A stretch of DNA of 64,000 nucleotides from Cyanophora paradoxa CCMP329 (taxonomy: Eukaryota; Plantae; Glaucophyta), in NCBI GenBank assembly GCA_004431415.1, contig QPMI01000644.1, forward strand, positions 1 through 64,000, read 5' to 3'. Shown here one piece after another: positions 59,174-64,000 of this stretch. Position 1 is the stretch's first letter, and every line of letters begins with the position of its first letter. The translations under genes were made by a program, and so were the position numbers. The notes beneath the pieces were generated by a model. The model made no database searches and was not told the origin of the DNA. It was given only the letters and a program-made list of their open reading frames with translations.

Positions 59174-60567
59174 TTAATCGATTCGAATTCTGCATGCCTG
59201 TATCGTAGCTGCAAATGAAGGGGGCGGATCATCGGATGGGGCCCAGCCGAGCCTGTAGAATCGGGCCGAGCCCGCGCGCCCCTTAGAAGCCGGCCCAGAC
59301 GGGATGGCCATGGGATGGGATTTCATGGGCCGCCTCAGAAGGCCTTGACTTCGGGCCGGGCGCCCATCGGCTTCAGGAAGTGAGGCGCCGCGTGCCGCGG
59401 GGGGGACGGGGAGCCCCGCGCCGCCGCCGGCGGCAGGTGCCGCCCCGCCGGCTTCGAACTCGGAGCCGGGGCGGCCAGCGCCTCCTGCTGCGCCTGCTCC
59501 GAGCGGTGGGCCGGGCGGCGCGCGCGGGGGGTACGTGCACGCGGGGGGGGGGGGGGGTTGGCACCTGGTTGGACTGGGCGCGGGCGAGGGCCTGCGCGTA
59601 GAGGGCCTTGGCCGCGAAGCTCTTGGTCGGGGCGAGCAGCTTGGATGCGACGTCGCGGTCCGCGGCGTGATGGTGGTGCGGGGCGATGGCGGGGAAGTGG
59701 CCCTCGTCGTCAAGCTCGACCACGCGCTTCTTCATGTGAACCCGGCTCTTCTTGTACTCCGGGATCAGCAGCGCAACCTGCGTATGTACGGCGTAACCCA
59801 GGTCGGAACGGCGCGGCGGGCGGGCGGTGCACGGCCGAGGAGATCTAGAGCGCGGCGTGCGCACCGGCTGCCGCCCGACCTGCGTCCGGATCGCAGCCTT
59901 GAGGGGTCCCAGATCGACGAAGTTGAACTTGGGCCACATAGACGCCTGCCCCTGCGCCGGGGGCGTCGGCGCGGGAACTAACTTCAGCTTGGGGCCGCGG
60001 TCTCTCTGCGGGGCGAACCCTTTGGTTCTGGGCCGACGAGTCTATGTGGTATATCTGTCGAGGGTAGAGTAAGAAACCTCCGACATCAATGAAGAAAGGC
60101 AGGAAAAGGAATCAGAAGCGAGCGCGAGTAGAATACGCACCTGCTCCATGTGCTCTCGCCTGTCGTGGAACTGCTCGCGCATGTGCTTCGAATCCGCCGC
60201 GAGCTGAGAGCTCGCCGCATAGAGGTCGTTGAGCGCATCGTCGATTTTCTGCAGCCTGCGAGAGCAGACCAGTGAGCGGAGTCGGCAGCTAGTTCACGGG
60301 CCGGGGGGGGCGGGCCTCCGGATCGTCTTCGAGCGGGCGGGCATAAGCACGCCGGGAAGCTCCGGCGCGCTCTGCGTTTGTTCCCACTTCAGACCCTTGC
60401 TCTTGGATCTGCGCGCCGGGAGGATCAGACGAGGGCGCGCATCGCAGAGCCAGCTTTAGCTTCTCCGCGAACCGCGCCAGGCCGTGCGAGTTGGTGCGCT
60501 CGATCCCGCTGTCAAAACCCTCATCTCCAGGCCTGAATTGAGCGATAGCAGGGCCGCCGAAACTCAT
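59174..60567 (-). CDS. Hypothetical multi-exon protein
   Basis: MSFGGPAIAQFRPGDEG…; LQKIDDALNDLYAASSQL…; MWPKFNFVDLGPLK…; VALLIPEYKKSRVHMKKRVVELDDEGHF, with GT/AG boundaries. 3' end uncertain. Confidence 0.5.
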
Positions 60568-60904
60568 CTTCCCCAGCCAGCGAGAGCGTGCTCCGACTCC
60601 GTGTCGCCGAGCTGGTCACGGCTCGCAGCCGAGTCGCGATTTGCCACGTAGCTAACTGCAGTTTCCTCGATCTACCCGCGCGTGCACGCGGGCTCGATCC
60701 GGGCTCCGAAGGCTAATCTCGGTAGCACTGGCCGCGAAGCACCGCAATGGGGCGGGGATCTCGCTGGATGTGCCTGCAGGCCGCTGGCGTTATGCTGGGG
60801 CCGCGCCGATGCTTGAAACAAGCGCTAAAGAAGCGCAAAGGGAGCTAAAAGTTGAGAGTACTGTACCCGGGCTGCGCATCTGCGGGCGGCAAAGCGCGCG
60901 AATC

Positions 60905-63818
60905 ATGCACCAGCCAATTCACGAAGATGACCCTCCCTTTACGGGCGGAGTGCCGCCCGAGAACCCGCCTGCGCCGCCGGCAGAATCGTCAAGCAGCCTC
61001 GACCTGCGCTGGAAGCAATTTCAGTCGGCATTCGACCGCATACTCCGGTGCGCGCTCGCCAGCTGCTCGTCGCGCCCGCGCCCCGCTCGCACCCCCTGAC
61101 TCAAACCGAAGCGCCTCGCTCGGCTTTGATATCGACTTCGACCTGGACCCCGTGCCGCCGGAGGAGCGGCACTCCGTTCTCGACGGCGATGTGTCGCTGG
61201 ACGGCATCGCGCGCAAGATCAAGGAGGGCGCATGTACGTAAGCGCGCGGCCCGGCCCGGGCGCGGCCGACGAGCCCGCGGCGCGCAGGCAAGAAGATCGT
61301 GGTGCTTAGTGGTGCCGGCATCAGTGTGAGCGCGGGCATACCAGGCGCGCACGCCCGGGCCCAACCGCCGAAACGCCCACCTAAGCCGGGAGGCGCGCGC
61401 AGACTTCCGCTCGCCCGGGACGGGCCTGTACGACAACCTGCAGAAGTACAATCTGCCGTATCCTGCCGGGGACCGCCGCCGCGCCCGCGCTCGACCGCGG
61501 CGCCGCCGCCGCGCACGCGAAAGAACGCTGCCCCCTCGACCGGCGCGCCGTCGGCGCCGCGCACGCAGTTACCCGCAGGCGATCTTCGAGATGGGGTTCT
61601 TCCGCGAGAACCCCAAGCCCTTCTTCACGCTCGCCAAGGAGCTCTGGCCCGGCAACTTCAAGGCGAGCCCGCGCCCGGGCCCAAACAAATGACTAAAGAT
61701 AAACTAAGCCAACCTTTCGAGCAGCCGACGATCGCGCACTACTTCGTGAAGCTGCTCGCGAAGAAGGGCATTCTGCTCCGCAACTACACGCAGAACATCG
61801 ACACGCTGGAGCGATGCGCCGGCGCGCCCTCCCCTCACCTCACCTGACCCGGCCTCGCCTGACCCGACTCGGCCCCCTGGCACGCAGGCATCGAGGAGGA
61901 GCTGCTGGTGGAGGCGCACGGCTCGTTCGCGAGCTCGCGCTGCACCGTCTGCTCCGCCGACGTCGAGTCGAGCTTCGTGCAGGGCGCGCCCCGCCCCGCC
62001 CCGCCCCGCCCCGCCCCGCCCTCAGCAACCAAAAAACCAGCTATTCTTAGAATAAACTAGCTAAGATCGCAAGGAGAGCACGCCCCGCCATGCGCCGCCC
62101 CGTCCCCGCCCCGCGCCCGCCACGCCCACTCGGAGCCCTGAAGCTCGCGCCACCCGCCCCCGCCCCCGCCCCCGCCCCTGCCCCGCAGAGCGCATCTTCA
62201 AAGACGAGGTACCCATGTGCGAGAAGTGCGGCGGTGTCGTCAAGGTGCGCCCCCCCCCCCTCCCTCCCCCCCCTCAACCCCGCTGTACCCCCCCTCCACT
62301 CCCCCCCCCTCTTCCCCCCCAGCCGAACATCGTGTTCTTCGGGGAGAGTCTCTGAGAGATATAGCCTAAGGTGGCCTAGAGTTAGAGAGATAGCCTAGAG
62401 ATGTAAAGGGCCCGGGGTGTGGCAGTAGATTTAAGACTCTGCCATGTCGGGCAAGACTTGCTTGCACTGGGTGTCCTTTATCAACTCTAACCGTCCCCCC
62501 TTCACTCCTTCACTTCCCTTCAATCCCCCTTCTGTCCTTTTTAATCAAATCTAACCTTCCCCCCTTCACTCCTTCACTTCCCTTCACTCCCCCTTCTGTC
62601 CTTTATCAACTCTAACCGGCCCACTGTACCCCCTTCGTTCCTCCCCCTCTCCCCTTCACTCATCCCCCCCCCACCCCCCCACCCCAGCCGAACATCCTTT
62701 ATCGTTCGGTGTCCTTTATCACCCCTTCCCCTTCCCCACCCCACCCATCCCGCTGTATCCCCCATCCACTCACCCCCCCCCCTCCTCCCCCTCAGCCGAA
62801 CATCGTGTTCTTCGGGGAGAGCCTCCCGCACCGCTTCGGGGCGCTCCACAAGGAGGACCTCCCCGAATGCGACCTCCTCATCGGTTCGCATTCCGTCTGC
62901 TTGCTTTCTGCCTGTCTGTCTGAGAGCTTAGCTAGCTGGCTGGTTTCTTGGCTTTCTAGCTGAGCTAGCTTAGCTTTCTACTCATCGGTGGCCGCCCGCG
63001 CCCCGCCCCTTTCCCTCTGAGCGGAGCGGAGCTGAGCTAAATTAACTTTCTAAGCTTATAGGCTTTTAGGCTGAGCTATTTTAGCTATCTTAGCTTTTAG
63101 GCTTTAAGGCTGCATGCCCGCGCCCTGCTTCACTCCGTCTCTCTGCGAGCTCCCTTTCTGACCGCGGGCGGGCGGCGGGCGGGCGGCAGTGATGGGGACG
63201 AGCCTCAAGGTGCAGCCGTTCGCGGGCCTCATCGCCAAGTGCGGCCTCCGCGTGCCCCGCCTCCTCATCAACCGCGAGGAGGTCGGGCGCTTCATGGCCG
63301 GTGCGATACGATACGATGTGATACGATACGATACGATTTGATCTGATCTGAGTACAGGCGGCTTCGACTTCGGGAGCGAGGAGAACTACCGGGACGTACC
63401 CCTGCTCACGGACTGCGACTCGGGCGTGCTCGAGCTCTGCGACAAGCTGGGCTGGCGCGAAGAGCTGCTGGCGCTGGCCGCCGAGGGCGGCCTCTCCGCC
63501 CCGCCCGCCTTCGCCCTCTCCCCAGCCGCCTCCGCCGCCGCCGAGGCCCGGCGCGCCTCGGAGGCGCACGCGCACAAGGACGCGGCGGCGGCGGCGGCGG
63601 AGGCGGCGGAGGCGGCGGCGGCGGGCAAGGAGGAGGGCTGCGCCGACGCCGTCTATGGCGAAAACCTCGCCGAGCGCGAGCTGGAGGCATCCATCGCTCA
63701 GGTCAGATCTGAGGCGCCGCGCCAGGGCCGCTCAGATCAGATCAGATCTGATCTGACCCGCGATCCGACTCAGATCGACGACGAGGCCCCGCCCTCCCCC
63801 AAGGGGAACCACGCGTAG
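60905..63818 (+). CDS. SIRT2: NAD-dependent deacetylase, class I sirtuin (SIRT2/Hst2-like), 12 exons
   Basis: [36 protein letters not shown]; [10 protein letters not shown]; VEAHGSF..CTVC; CEKC…KPNIVFFGE; [11 protein letters not shown]; LINRE. Confidence 0.95.
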
Positions 63819-64000
63819 GCCCCTCTCTGGCCTCCCGTCTCCCGCCCTTTCCTCCCCTCCGCGCCCCGGCCCGCCGCCTCTTCTGTAAGTACTAGTATGC
63901 ATTGCTTTCCGATCCGCTCGCGTGAGTCGCGCCCGGCCGGCCGGCTGGGGGGTACTGTACAGTGGGTGGGAGGGTCGGGAGCGGAAGCGCGCGGGGCCCC

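Overview
This is GC-rich, intron-dense nuclear DNA from a plastid-bearing eukaryote. An 'MAFV...' transit peptide points to a glaucophyte such as Cyanophora (inference). Most six-frame ORFs are GC artefacts, so genes were rebuilt by hand-splicing. About 15 multi-exon genes are present: a coiled-coil protein with a probable CaaX end, a mitochondrial mS26-like protein, a filamin-repeat protein, a plant-Shaker-like cNBD/ankyrin channel with an atypical pore, trehalose synthase TreS, ADA3, a CENP-K-like protein, ABCE1/RLI1, a small plastid-targeted protein, a LamG protein, a Yrb30-like protein, a membrane RING E3, a class I sirtuin and two hypotheticals. The most striking pattern is pervasive 'junction echoes'. 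Short copies of a gene's own exon/intron boundary, or of its last-exon end, are re-pasted 1-6 times into the neighbouring intron or 3' region. They are separated by AT-rich, palindrome-rich filler and often sit next to strand-biased poly-C/(CCCCG)n tracts. One echo pair brackets a 216-bp AT-rich insert resembling a viral D5 primase-helicase C-terminus. By my manual models 17 of 58 introns in three conserved genes use GC donors, and 10-22-nt micro-exons are common. All family calls come from motif recognition, not database searches.
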